A stretch of 64,000 bases of DNA from an uncultured Chloroflexia bacterium (GTDB lineage Bacteria > Chloroflexota > Limnocylindria > Limnocylindrales > CSP1-4). The notes under the pieces are model-generated. The model ran no database searches. It saw nothing but the letters and a program-made list of their open reading frames with translations, and was not told the DNA's origin. Made by a program: the position numbers and the translations under genes. The DNA is taken from positions 608,001 through 672,000 of the forward strand of contig CAWEZH010000002.1 in NCBI GenBank assembly GCA_963813535.1, given 5' to 3'. Of the stretch, positions 10,384-19,846 are shown in pieces; within the stretch, counting starts at the first letter, position 1; every line of letters begins with the position of its first letter.

Positions 10384-10454
10384 GAACAGCACGACGAGCG
10401 CCACCAGGCGCTCGTCGTGCTGTTCGAAGTCCGGTCTCCCGCCCGGGGAGACCG
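10384..10454. terminator. Two tandem GC-rich hairpins (19-bp and 9-bp stems)
   Basis: GAACAGCACGACGAGCGCC-acca-GGCGCTCGTCGTGCTGTTC (10384-10425) and CGGTCTCCC-gcccg-GGGAGACCG (10432-10454), just past the stop at 10465. Confidence 0.6.
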
Positions 10455-10464
10455 CGTGACCGAC

Positions 10465-11025
10465 CTATCCAGGCGTGTCGGTCGACGAGGGTGGCGGTCC
10501 GCCTGGGGCGGGAGGTGCCGCGGGGGCAGGGGCCGGTGCCGGCGGCGGGGCCGCCATCGCCTGTGCGGCAGCGGCGTTCGCCCTCTGCGCTTCTTCGAGC
10601 GCTGCCCGCTGGTCGGGTGTCAGCAGCGACATCTCGTGCTCCATGAACTGATTCCGGACGCCGGGATAGTTCAGGTAGAAGAAGATCGCGATCGACAGCA
10701 GGTAGGCGATCATCTCGGACTCCGTGGTGGCCGTGCCACCGAGGATCGCAAAGAAGCCGAAGATGATCGTGAAGAGGCTGATGAAGTTGCCGAACGACCA
10801 GGCGTAGGCGCGCACGTTCCAGAAACCCATCGCGACCCAGAACCAGATCGCGGCAAGGATCACCGCCCACAGCGCCTGACCCCATTGGGCTTCAGGGAAT
10901 GACACTTCCTTGCCGAAGAACGTCCAGCTGACGACCCCCAGGAACAGGAGGACCCGCCATACTTGGAAGAGGCCGGCCAGGCCTGCCCCCAAGGCGAGCA
11001 ATGTCACCCCGATCGGTCGATTCAT
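10465..11025 (-). CDS. Hypothetical 4-TM membrane protein with Pro/Ala-rich tail
   Basis: MNRPIGVTLLA start with GGAGGG RBS; YLNYPGVR motif. Confidence 0.75.
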   Translation of the reverse strand: MNRPIGVTLLALGAGLAGLFQVWRVLLFLGVVSWTFFGKEVSFPEAQWGQALWAVILAAIWFWVAMGFWNVRAYAWSFGNFISLFTIIFGFFAILGGTATTESEMIAYLLSIAIFFYLNYPGVRNQFMEHEMSLLTPDQRAALEEAQRANAAAAQAMAAPPPAPAPAPAAPPAPGGPPPSSTDTPG

Positions 11026-11371
11026 CGTTGTTTGCCCTCCCATTGCTGGTGCTCGTTCCCGAGCCGCTTGACGCCCGGCATCATCAGTCGCCCACGAAAT
11101 GTGGTGGTACGCGACGATGCTAGTCCTCGGTGCGTCGATACACCATGCCCGACACGCACTTCGTGGGGTGCGCCGACACGCCAAATCTGACGGTGTGGGC
11201 ACCATCGGTCTGACTGCGACGCCCCCGGGACGGGCCGTAACAGGGTGCTGCAATGTCAAGCGCCCGCTTTGCGGCGCGCCCGCTCGACGGACCGTGAGAG
11301 TCTGGTACGCGACATGCCCTTCGACATGAGCGACGGAAGCGGTGGTCCGACCGCGGTCCTGACGTAACGGC

Positions 11372-12343
11372 GTGAACGAGCTCGCGTATCGGGCGGCGGA
11401 ACGCCGGCTGTGGCGATCCATCGGTGCCAGGCCGGTCGAACGGACCATCCATCTCGAGCGGATCGACGTCGACGTGCGGATCCAGGAGGTCGGCCAGGGT
11501 CCGCCGGTCCTGTTCATCCATGGCGTCGCCACGAGCGGTGTCAGTTGGGCCGGTCTCGCGGCACGGGCCGGGGGGTTCCGGTGTCTGATCCTGGATCGAC
11601 CGGGTACGGGGCTGAGCAGCCCGCTGGGCCGTCCGATCGACCCGGAGACACTCGCCGAGATGGCCGACGTCCTCGTCGCCGACGTCCTCGATGCCCTCGA
11701 CCTGCCATCGGCCCACCTTGTCGCGAGCTCGTTCGGTGGCTACATGGCGTTGCGCTCGGCGGCGGCCACGCCCGAACGCGTCAAACGGATGGTCCAGTTC
11801 AGCTGGCCGGTCGGAGCGCCGACCCGGACGCTGCCCCTGTTCCTCCGCGCGATGAGTGTTCCTGGCTTCGGTCGGCTGGTGGCGTCCATCCCCCGGAACG
11901 AGCGATCGATGCGGATGCTCTTCCGCCAGATGGGTCACGGCGACAAGCTGGCCGACGGACGCATCACGGAGGCCGACCTTGCGGCGTACCTGGCGCTGCT
12001 CCGCTACACGGACACGATGCGCAACGAGTTCGCGCCCGCCAGGGCGTTGATCTCGCCGCTCGGTGGGCTCGAACGCCTGCATCTGCCCGACGATGTCCTG
12101 GCCCGGGTCGCGTGCCCGACCCTGTTCATCTGGGGCGGTCGTGACCCGTTCGGGGGCGAGGACGCAGCCCGGGCACTCGTCGCGCGCATGCCCTCGGCCG
12201 AACTCGCGCTGATGCCGAGCGCCGGTCATAGCCCGTGGCTGGACGAGATGGACGCATGCGTATCGGCGATGACGTCGTTCCTCGACACCGGCGCGGCGCG
12301 TCCTTCGACGGTCGAACGGTCGAAGCGGGCGGCGATCGCATGA
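11372..12343 (+). CDS. Alpha/beta hydrolase
   Basis: FIHG, DRPGTGLS, ASSFGG nucleophile elbow, D and GHSPW. Confidence 0.85.
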   Translation: MNELAYRAAERRLWRSIGARPVERTIHLERIDVDVRIQEVGQGPPVLFIHGVATSGVSWAGLAARAGGFRCLILDRPGTGLSSPLGRPIDPETLAEMADVLVADVLDALDLPSAHLVASSFGGYMALRSAAATPERVKRMVQFSWPVGAPTRTLPLFLRAMSVPGFGRLVASIPRNERSMRMLFRQMGHGDKLADGRITEADLAAYLALLRYTDTMRNEFAPARALISPLGGLERLHLPDDVLARVACPTLFIWGGRDPFGGEDAARALVARMPSAELALMPSAGHSPWLDEMDACVSAMTSFLDTGAARPSTVERSKRAAIA

Positions 12344-12402
12344 GGCTCCCACCTCGCCGACCGTAGGGCACACTTTCTCTTGTGACCCCTCGCCGATCCG
12401 CC

Positions 12403-13350
12403 ATGCCCGACTTCATCCCGCCGATGCTCGCGACGCTGGTAGCCGCGCCGTTCGATGACCCGGACTGGTCGTTCGAGATCAAGTGGGACGGCTTCCGCGT
12501 CGAGACGGTGGTCGACCGCGGCAAGGTGCGGATGTGGACGCGCGGGCAACAGGATGCGGCACGCTATTTCGGGCCGTTCCTTGATCCGGCCGACTGGATC
12601 GCCGCCGACCAGGCGATCGTCGATGGCGAGGTGATCGCGCTCGACGACCACGGCGAACCCGACTTCGCCCTCCTCCAGGCGCGCATCAAGGGTCGCGGCA
12701 CGGGAGGATCACCGACGCCATTCGTCTACGAGGTGTTCGACCTGATGCACCTCGACGGTCGATCGCTGCTCGACGAGCCACTGGACGTTCGCCGGGCGCT
12801 CCTGAAGGACGTCATCGGCGCCGATCCGCGTGTCCGGCTCAGCGAGGACATCGCAGGGGAGGGGCTGGCGTTCTTCGAGGCCGCGAGGAAGCGTGGTCTC
12901 GAGGGCATCATGGCCAAGGACCGGCGCTCTCCATACCTGCCCGGCAAGCGCGCGATGTCGTGGCAGAAGGTCAAGATCCGGCCCGAGCAGGAGCTCGTCG
13001 TCGGCGGGTGGACCAAGGGCACCGGCAAAGCCGTCGAGCTCGGGGCATTGTTGGTCGGCGTGTATGAGGACGGCGCGCTCCGCTATGCGGGCAAGATCGG
13101 TGCCGGTTTCAATGACGCCATCCGCCGCGAGCTGCTCGAGGCGATCGCACCGCTCGCTGCCGATGCACCACCGTTCGCGGAGCCACCGCCACGCGCCGTG
13201 TCGAAGAGCGCCCTCTGGCTACGTCCCGACCTGGTGATCAGGGCCGAGTTCGCCGGCTGGACCGGGGACGGCCTCGTCCGCCAGGCGGCCTACAAGGGTT
13301 TCGATCTCGGGAAGGATCCCCGCAAGGTCCGTCGGGAGATGCCGCGATGA
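12403..13350 (+). CDS. ligD: ATP-dependent DNA ligase (LigD ligase domain only)
   Basis: PMLATL, EIKWDGFR, DGEV, FDL, EGIMAK, WQKVK, OB fold; no Pol or PE domain. Confidence 0.85.
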   Translation: MPDFIPPMLATLVAAPFDDPDWSFEIKWDGFRVETVVDRGKVRMWTRGQQDAARYFGPFLDPADWIAADQAIVDGEVIALDDHGEPDFALLQARIKGRGTGGSPTPFVYEVFDLMHLDGRSLLDEPLDVRRALLKDVIGADPRVRLSEDIAGEGLAFFEAARKRGLEGIMAKDRRSPYLPGKRAMSWQKVKIRPEQELVVGGWTKGTGKAVELGALLVGVYEDGALRYAGKIGAGFNDAIRRELLEAIAPLAADAPPFAEPPPRAVSKSALWLRPDLVIRAEFAGWTGDGLVRQAAYKGFDLGKDPRKVRREMPR

Positions 13351-13483
13351 GCACAGCGTTGACATGACGACGGTGTGCTTGCCGAAATAGCGGCTGGACG
13401 CGCGAGCCGTTCACGAGCGAGAGCGGCCAGCACGTCTCGGTCTGGCAAAGGGCAGCCGGGGCGGCGGCCGTCGGAAGCTCTGG

Positions 13484-14845
13484 CTAGGGACTCCAGAAGC
13501 CGATCTCGCCGTCCAGGGCGATCGGCTCCGATCCATCCGGAAAGTGCACGCTGACGCGGGTCACGCCGTCGGGGCCCACCTCCGGCAACAGGATCGACGA
13601 GCTGTCCGGAGCCCAGACCCGATGACTGAGGGCGTACTGGTCGAAGTAGGCGAGGAAGGCGCTCACGAAGCGCTCGCCCGGTCGGACGATCGGCTGGGAC
13701 AGGATCTCGCCCGAGGCGACGTCGACGAACAACAACCTGACCTCCGTGTCCGGCTCGGCTGACGGGGCGCCCGCCTGCGTCGCCGAACCGACTGCTGGCT
13801 GGACGCGCAACGCCGCGATCGTCCTGCCGTCGGGCGACCACCAGAAGCTGACGACCAAGCCGTCGACCAGCGTCCGGATCTCGCCCGACGCCGCGTCCAT
13901 GAGCCGGATCGGCCCAAGAGGGAAGCCCGGCAGGTCACCAGGCTCGCTCGGACCGATCGACGCGACCCGTCCACCGGCGGGATCGAACACCACAGCGGTC
14001 TGGCCGAACGCCGACATCACGTGCTCGTTCGACCCGTCACGACGTGACACGACGACATCGCCGGGACCCCCGATGGCGCCACGGACGAAGGCGATCGACT
14101 CGTGGTCGGGGCTGACGACGCCCGAACGGAAGTCGCCGGGCTTCTCGAGTCCAGGACCGGCGGCACCACCATCGAGCTCGATCTCGCCGAGGAAGGCGTC
14201 CGACCCGACGCCGATATGAGCGAACAACCGATCACCGGCAAGCCAGTCGTAGTAGAAGGGGTTGCCCGACTTGACCACCGAGCCGGCACCGCTACCGTCG
14301 ACGGGGGCACTCCCGTCCGCCGGCGCGAGCCGTAGCGAGAGCACGTCGGCCTCGGTCGCCAGGAAGGACACGCGGTCACCTTCCGGCGTCCAGAACAGGT
14401 AGAACGGTGCGGCGCTCGCCTTCTCGAAGACGACGACCGGATCGGCCTGCGCGGCGCCGAGGTCGGCCGCGTCGAACACGACGACGGACGACTGCGTCCC
14501 GTCGGAGCGGACGGCCGCGATATGCGTGCCATCGGGCGACCAGGTGGGGAAGCCGAACTGACCGTCCGCCGCATCCGCCAGGAGCGCCGATCCGCCATCC
14601 GCGCCGACGACCGAGATCGACCCATCGGCGCCCAGGAGCGCGATCGAACCAGACGATGCGATCGACCGCCCTGGACTCGCAGCCGCGCTGGGTGCCGGGC
14701 TCGCGTTCGTGCTGGATGACGGAGCCACACTCGGGGAGGCGGGGGCTGTCGGAGCGGGCGAGGGCGACGGCTCGCCGCATGCCGCTGCGGCGACCAACAT
14801 CAGGGTCGCCGCGACCGCGAGGGCGCGAGAGCCCGTCGACGCCAT
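13484..14845 (-). CDS. TolB/PD40 beta-propeller lipoprotein
   Basis: Lipobox-like AAAC, Ser/Pro linker, repeated WSPDG. Confidence 0.8.
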   Translation of the reverse strand: MASTGSRALAVAATLMLVAAAACGEPSPSPAPTAPASPSVAPSSSTNASPAPSAAASPGRSIASSGSIALLGADGSISVVGADGGSALLADAADGQFGFPTWSPDGTHIAAVRSDGTQSSVVVFDAADLGAAQADPVVVFEKASAAPFYLFWTPEGDRVSFLATEADVLSLRLAPADGSAPVDGSGAGSVVKSGNPFYYDWLAGDRLFAHIGVGSDAFLGEIELDGGAAGPGLEKPGDFRSGVVSPDHESIAFVRGAIGGPGDVVVSRRDGSNEHVMSAFGQTAVVFDPAGGRVASIGPSEPGDLPGFPLGPIRLMDAASGEIRTLVDGLVVSFWWSPDGRTIAALRVQPAVGSATQAGAPSAEPDTEVRLLFVDVASGEILSQPIVRPGERFVSAFLAYFDQYALSHRVWAPDSSSILLPEVGPDGVTRVSVHFPDGSEPIALDGEIGFWSP

Positions 14846-14993
14846 CACGTAACGATACGCGCCGGGCATGACGTCGGATGCGGTCTCGATCCGTGACAGC
14901 GAACCTGTCAGCCGGTGACCCGACGCTACCGACATGGCAGGCGGTTCGGGTGACTTCAGACGCGCCGAGGCAGCGTGGTCGGCGGGGCGGCGC

Positions 14994-15185
14994 ATGATCG
15001 CCCGCAAGGATCGGCCGTGCTACCGCGTGGCGGAGACGGGTGACGGGACGACGTTCCACATCATCGAGCTGCCGTGGATCGCGCCGTTCGCGGCGACCCG
15101 GTCGACCGCCGTCGAACGCGCACGGCAGACGGTCAGCGCCTGGCTCGACGTCGACCCGCAGGCCTTCGATATCGAGCGCGACTAG
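14994..15185 (+). CDS. Small HicB-like-fold protein
   Basis: IIELP..AATRSTAVERARQTVSAWLDVDPQAFDI resembles the HicB N-terminal fold. Confidence 0.45.
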   Translation: MIARKDRPCYRVAETGDGTTFHIIELPWIAPFAATRSTAVERARQTVSAWLDVDPQAFDIERD

Positions 15186-15352
15186 TGCGACACGATTGCC
15201 AGTGTCGCCAAAGCACCGCATTCTTGGGCCTGGTGCTTCGGCGCACCCCGGGCTAGGAAGAAAGGACTACCCTTCAACACGACCCGGCGAGGGGACAGCG
15301 CCGGCCATGATCGATCCGCGATGCGGGCCTAGCCTCAGGGGGAGTCCAGGTC

Positions 15353-17335
15353 ATGTCGCTGCTTCAACGGATGGAGCGCGCCCAACGAGCGAAAGCGGCG
15401 GAAGCCGCCGCCGCCAACGGTGAAAGCGCTCCGGACCAACTCGAAGAACCATCGCCGCCCGCTCCCGAGACCGCCGCGGTCACGGTCAGCCCCGAGGCGC
15501 CGTCCAACGGTCATGCGCCCGCGCTGGTCGCCATCCCGGTGGGGCCGGCTGTGTCCGGTGGTCTCATGGGCCCCGCCACACCGACCGGGCTCATGCGACC
15601 GGCCCCGACGCCGGCCCGCGAGGAGCTGATCCGCGAGGTCCGCATCCGCCTCCAATCCGAGATCGTCGGCGCGTTCAAGACGTTGCTCGACGCCACGGAG
15701 GACGAGGCCCAGGAACGGATCGCCGCCCTGGTGGATCGCACGATCGCCAAGGGCGCGTATGCCGTGACCCGCGAGGAACACGAGCGGCTCGTCGAGGAGA
15801 TGGTCCACGACGTCACGGGCTTCGGCCCGCTGGAACCGCTCTTGTCCGACCCGTCCATCACCGAGGTGATGGTCAACGGGCCCGATCACATCTACATCGA
15901 GCGGGGCGGCAAGATCGAGCGGATCGACAGCGTCTTCCTCAACGACCAGCACGTCCTGCGCGTCATCGACCGCATCATCACCCCGCTCGGACGCCGGATC
16001 GACGAAAGCAGCCCACGGGTCGACGCCCGACTGCCAGATGGCTCGCGCGTCAATGCCGTCATCGAACCGCTCTCATTGGTCGGACCGGTCATCACGGTCC
16101 GCAAGTTCTCCAAGACGCCGTATACCGTCGACGACCTGATCGGGTTCGGGACCGCCACGCCCGCGATGTTCGACTTCCTCCAGGCGTGCATCGAGGCTCG
16201 ACTCAACGTGTTCGTGTCCGGTGGCACCGGGTCCGGCAAGACCACGACGCTCAACGTCCTGTCGACGTTCATCCCGAACGACGAACGGATCGTCACGATC
16301 GAGGACGCTGCCGAGCTCCAGATGCGCCAGGACCACGTCATCACGCTGGAATCCAGGCCGCCCAACCTCGAGGGCGAGGGCGAGATCACGATCAGGAACC
16401 TGCTGCGCAACGCGATGCACATGCGGCCCGACCGGATCATCGTCGGCGAGTGCCGGGCGGGCGAGGCGCTCGACATGCTCCAGGCGATGACCACCGGTCA
16501 CGATGGATCGCTGTCCACCGGCCACGCCAACAGCCCCAGGGACATGCTGCGGCGGCTCGAGACGATGGTGCTCATGACCGGCTACCAGCTGCCGCTCCGG
16601 GCGATCCGCGAGCAGATGGCCTCCGCCGTGGACATCATCGTCCACACGGCGCGTCTCAAGGACGGCAGCCGCAAGATCGTCAACATCACCGAGGTGTATG
16701 GGATCGAGGACGACGAGATCCTGACCCACGACATCTTCCGGTTCGTGCAGACCGGCTATCACGACGGCCGGATCGAGGGCTCCCTCCAGCCGACGGGTCT
16801 GCGGCCGACCTTCATGGCCCAATTCGCGCGGGCCGGCATCGAGCTTCCTCCTGGGGAGTTCGGGATCCCGCCCGATGACCCGGAGAACCCCGTACGGCCG
16901 CAGAAGAGCCGGTTCGGCGCCCGGATGACGAGCAGCGCCGAGTACGCGGCCGTGCCCGCCGGCGACGGCAAGGCCGTCGTCGCGGGCGGCATGGTCTACG
17001 TCTCGTCGATCGGCCCGGTCGACCCGGAGACGGGTGAGGTCATCTCAGGCACGATCAAGGAGCAGACGCGGCGCTGCATGACGAGCCTCAGCGACCGGCT
17101 CGAAGCCGCGGGGAGCTCGATGGGCAAGGTCGTCTGGGCGAACTGGTCGCTGAGGGACGCGTCGGACTTCGACGAGTTCAATGAGGAGTGGAACCGCTGG
17201 TTCCCCAAGACCCCGCCGCTGGGCCAGCTGACGGTCATGCCGCCCCTCCAGCGGCGAGCCGGCTTCGGCGTCTCGCTCGGAGTGATCGCCACGGTCGACG
17301 ACGTGGTGATCGACGAGGTCGGCAGCGGCTGGTGA
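15353..17335 (+). CDS. cpaF: CpaF/TadA secretion ATPase fused to a C-terminal RidA/YjgF-like domain
   Basis: GFGPLEPLLSDPSITEVMVNG, GGTGSGKTT, TIEDAAEL, MRPDRIIVGECR, GHDGSLSTGHANS; C-terminal ~115 aa AVVAGGMVYVSS..GTIKEQTRRC..DFDEFNEEW. Confidence 0.85.
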   Translation: MSLLQRMERAQRAKAAEAAAANGESAPDQLEEPSPPAPETAAVTVSPEAPSNGHAPALVAIPVGPAVSGGLMGPATPTGLMRPAPTPAREELIREVRIRLQSEIVGAFKTLLDATEDEAQERIAALVDRTIAKGAYAVTREEHERLVEEMVHDVTGFGPLEPLLSDPSITEVMVNGPDHIYIERGGKIERIDSVFLNDQHVLRVIDRIITPLGRRIDESSPRVDARLPDGSRVNAVIEPLSLVGPVITVRKFSKTPYTVDDLIGFGTATPAMFDFLQACIEARLNVFVSGGTGSGKTTTLNVLSTFIPNDERIVTIEDAAELQMRQDHVITLESRPPNLEGEGEITIRNLLRNAMHMRPDRIIVGECRAGEALDMLQAMTTGHDGSLSTGHANSPRDMLRRLETMVLMTGYQLPLRAIREQMASAVDIIVHTARLKDGSRKIVNITEVYGIEDDEILTHDIFRFVQTGYHDGRIEGSLQPTGLRPTFMAQFARAGIELPPGEFGIPPDDPENPVRPQKSRFGARMTSSAEYAAVPAGDGKAVVAGGMVYVSSIGPVDPETGEVISGTIKEQTRRCMTSLSDRLEAAGSSMGKVVWANWSLRDASDFDEFNEEWNRWFPKTPPLGQLTVMPPLQRRAGFGVSLGVIATVDDVVIDEVGSGW

Positions 17336-17379
17336 CGTTCCCCGGCTCCAGCCCCGCTCCGGGCTAGGTCGCCACCAAC

Positions 17380-18000
17380 CTAGGAGTCGTCGTCCCCGAC
17401 CAGGGGGACCGGCACGACGTGCTCCGCGAGGAACCAGACCTGCAGCTCGTGGCGGCGCAGCACGTCGCCCATCAACAGGTCGTTGGAGCCCCAGTCCTCC
17501 GACTCCTCCGTCGTCTTGATGCCCGCCCGGACCTTCTCGATGATGATCTCGTGAGCATGCAGGGTCCGGTCGATCATGACCGCGACCTCTTCTCGGCCGT
17601 CGGGGGGTCGAGGGATCGTCGTCAGCTCGGCAGCGTGGCGCGGGTCACCGACCGCGATACCGCCGAGGCTCTGGATCCGCTCTGCCAACAGGTCGACGAG
17701 CTCGCCCTGCTCCTCGTAGTGCTTGTCGAACAGCAGGTGGAGCTGGTAGAAGGTCGGGCCTGACACGAGCCAGTGGTTCTTCTTGTACAGCGCGTAGAGG
17801 ACCATCGAGTCGGCGAGGATCTCGTTGAGCAGGTCGCAGCTCTCGGCGCGCGCCGTGTCCTTGAGCGCGATCGGCAGCGTCCGCAGGGTCCCGAACCGCT
17901 GGAGCTCCGGACCGTGCTCGTCGAGTCGCGGTTGGGCCGACCGGCGACCGGAGCCGTTGCGCGCCGAGGAGCTGGATCGGGTCGATCGGGTCGTGGCCAT
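17380..18000 (-). CDS. dps: Dps ferritin-like DNA protection protein
   Basis: KKNHWLVSGPTFYQLHLLFD..DLLAERI ferroxidase motif. Confidence 0.9.
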   Translation of the reverse strand: MATTRSTRSSSSARNGSGRRSAQPRLDEHGPELQRFGTLRTLPIALKDTARAESCDLLNEILADSMVLYALYKKNHWLVSGPTFYQLHLLFDKHYEEQGELVDLLAERIQSLGGIAVGDPRHAAELTTIPRPPDGREEVAVMIDRTLHAHEIIIEKVRAGIKTTEESEDWGSNDLLMGDVLRRHELQVWFLAEHVVPVPLVGDDDS

Positions 18001-18121
18001 CCGGGGACCTCCGAGTGGGAGAGACATCGTTGTCTGGGACAGCGTGCGCCGATGGAGGTCCGTATCCCATCAGCACCCGGGCGATGGCCTTGCGGTGGTC
18101 TTGCGTCGTCGCCCGGGACGA

Positions 18122-18553
18122 TCAGCGAGCGTGCCGATCTCGCGCGCCGGCCAGGCGATCGTGGGCGAGTGCGATCAACGGGACGACGACATCGCGGAAC
18201 GTCCTCTCGCTCGGGTTCAGGATCGAGATCCAGAGCTGCTGACCATAGACGGGGTGGGGGAGGAGTCGGTCGAGCGCCGTGTAGTCAGGCTCGGCGTCGG
18301 TGGCGGCGATGCTCTCGAACGTCTGTCGGTCTACGCCGAGGTTCAACCGGAAGACGTTCGGCCGGCTCAGGTCCGAGGCGTCGTCGTGCGCATCCGTGGT
18401 GACGATCGTCGCGTAGTTGGGCCAGTGCTTCTCGGCGTCGAGCGAGAAGAACCAGGCATCCATCGCCTCGACGACGTCGGTCTCCGGGTAGGTCGCGAGG
18501 ATGTACCCGACGATGGTTTCCGACGTAGGGCCGGAGGGCAGAAGATTCGACAT
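18122..18553 (-). CDS. DUF6194-like protein
   Basis: ATIVT..SDLSRPNVFRLNLGV..DYTALDRLLPHPVY..WISILNP. Confidence 0.7.
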   Translation of the reverse strand: MSNLLPSGPTSETIVGYILATYPETDVVEAMDAWFFSLDAEKHWPNYATIVTTDAHDDASDLSRPNVFRLNLGVDRQTFESIAATDAEPDYTALDRLLPHPVYGQQLWISILNPSERTFRDVVVPLIALAHDRLAGARDRHAR

Positions 18554-18636
18554 GTCGCCATCGTGCAGGATGCATGTCAAGTGGTGCCGCGCGCCGGTCC
18601 GGATGGTCGTACGCTGCGCGTGGAGGATCCAGCCTG

Positions 18637-18828
18637 ATGTCGAAGAAGGGCAAGGACGGCAAGAAGGCCAAGGGCTCGGCCCGCAAGAAGGGCAAGGGCA
18701 AGAAGGCGCGGTCGGTGCCGATCGACCCGACGCTGCGGTCGAGATTCACCCTCCCCGGGCTCGTAGCGGTGGCGATCGGCGTCGCGCTCGTCGCGGGCTT
18801 CACGAGCCTCTGGCGCATCCGCCGCTAG
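18637..18828 (+). CDS. Small Lys-rich protein with C-terminal TM helix
   Basis: GGAGG RBS; MSKKGKDGKKAKGSARKKGKGKK.. followed by a hydrophobic helix; AAG codon usage fits the genome. Confidence 0.55.
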   Translation: MSKKGKDGKKAKGSARKKGKGKKARSVPIDPTLRSRFTLPGLVAVAIGVALVAGFTSLWRIRR

Positions 18829-18862
18829 GGAGGCGTCCGATCGCGCTCGACGGTGAGGGACG

Positions 18863-19846
18863 ATGAAAGCTGCCATCTGCGACCGGTATGGCACGCCCGA
18901 CAACGTGCGGGTCGAGGACGTCGACAAGCCGACGCCGGGGCCCACAGACGTGCTCGTCCGCGTCCATGCCGCCTCGGTCAACCGGGCCGATCTCGACGGG
19001 ATCGAGCCACGACCACAGTTCGTGCGCGCCTTCGTGGGGCTTCGGGCGCCGCGCAACCACCGGATCGGCATCGACGTCGCCGGGGTGGTCGAGTCGGTCG
19101 GGGACGGCGTGACGCGGTTCAAGCCCGGCGATGCGGTCTTCTCCGACCTGTTCACGGCGACCGCCGGATCCTTCGCCGAGTACGTCAACGCCCCTGAGAC
19201 GTCATGGCAGACCATCCCCGCCGGGATGTCGTTCGAGGACGCCTCCACGTTGCCGCACTCGGCTGTCCTGGCGCTGCAGGGGCTGCGGCTCCGCAACGGG
19301 CGGACGCCGAAGCCGGGCGACAAGGTCCTCGTCGTGGGCGCGTCTGGGAACGTCGGCCCGTTCGCGGTCCAGATCGCAAGATCGATGGGCGCCGAGGTGA
19401 CCGGCGTATGCCGCACGGAAAAGGTCGACTTCGTGCGCTCGCTCGGCGCCGATCACGTCATCGACTATCGAACTACCGACTACACGGCGAGCGGCGAGAC
19501 GTATGACTGGATCGTCGATACCGACTCGCACCACTCGGTCTTCCGGGTCCGACGAGCGCTCGCGCCCGGGGGCACCTACCTGACGCTCGGTGGCACCTCG
19601 GGGCCGATCCTGAGTGCGTTGATCTTCGGTTCGATCCTCTCGTTGTTCGGCGGAAAGCGGTCGATGCTCATGTTGTGGTGGAAGCCATTCCACAAGCCCG
19701 ACGTCGACCACCTCAAGAAGCTGATCGCCGACGGCAAGGTGCGGCCGGCGATCGACCGACGTTACCCGCTGGACGAGACCGCCGACGCCTTGCGATGGGT
19801 CGATGACGGCCACTCGAAGGGCAAGGTCGTGATCACGGTTCCGTGA
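18863..19846 (+). CDS. MDR-family NAD(P)-dependent oxidoreductase (quinone reductase-like)
   Basis: VHAASVN, GIDVAGVV, GASGNVG, LGADHVIDY, GKVVI. Confidence 0.9.
   Translation: MKAAICDRYGTPDNVRVEDVDKPTPGPTDVLVRVHAASVNRADLDGIEPRPQFVRAFVGLRAPRNHRIGIDVAGVVESVGDGVTRFKPGDAVFSDLFTATAGSFAEYVNAPETSWQTIPAGMSFEDASTLPHSAVLALQGLRLRNGRTPKPGDKVLVVGASGNVGPFAVQIARSMGAEVTGVCRTEKVDFVRSLGADHVIDYRTTDYTASGETYDWIVDTDSHHSVFRVRRALAPGGTYLTLGGTSGPILSALIFGSILSLFGGKRSMLMLWWKPFHKPDVDHLKKLIADGKVRPAIDRRYPLDETADALRWVDDGHSKGKVVITVP

Noticed and set aside
11040-11371. Intergenic short repeats (TGGTACGCGAC twice, CCGACACGC twice) as an RNA motif or CRISPR remnant
   Set aside because: Only two short copies each, irregular spacing and no consistent fold.
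13358-13385. GTTGACATGA resembling a XerD arm
   Set aside because: No XerC-like arm at the 6-bp spacing.
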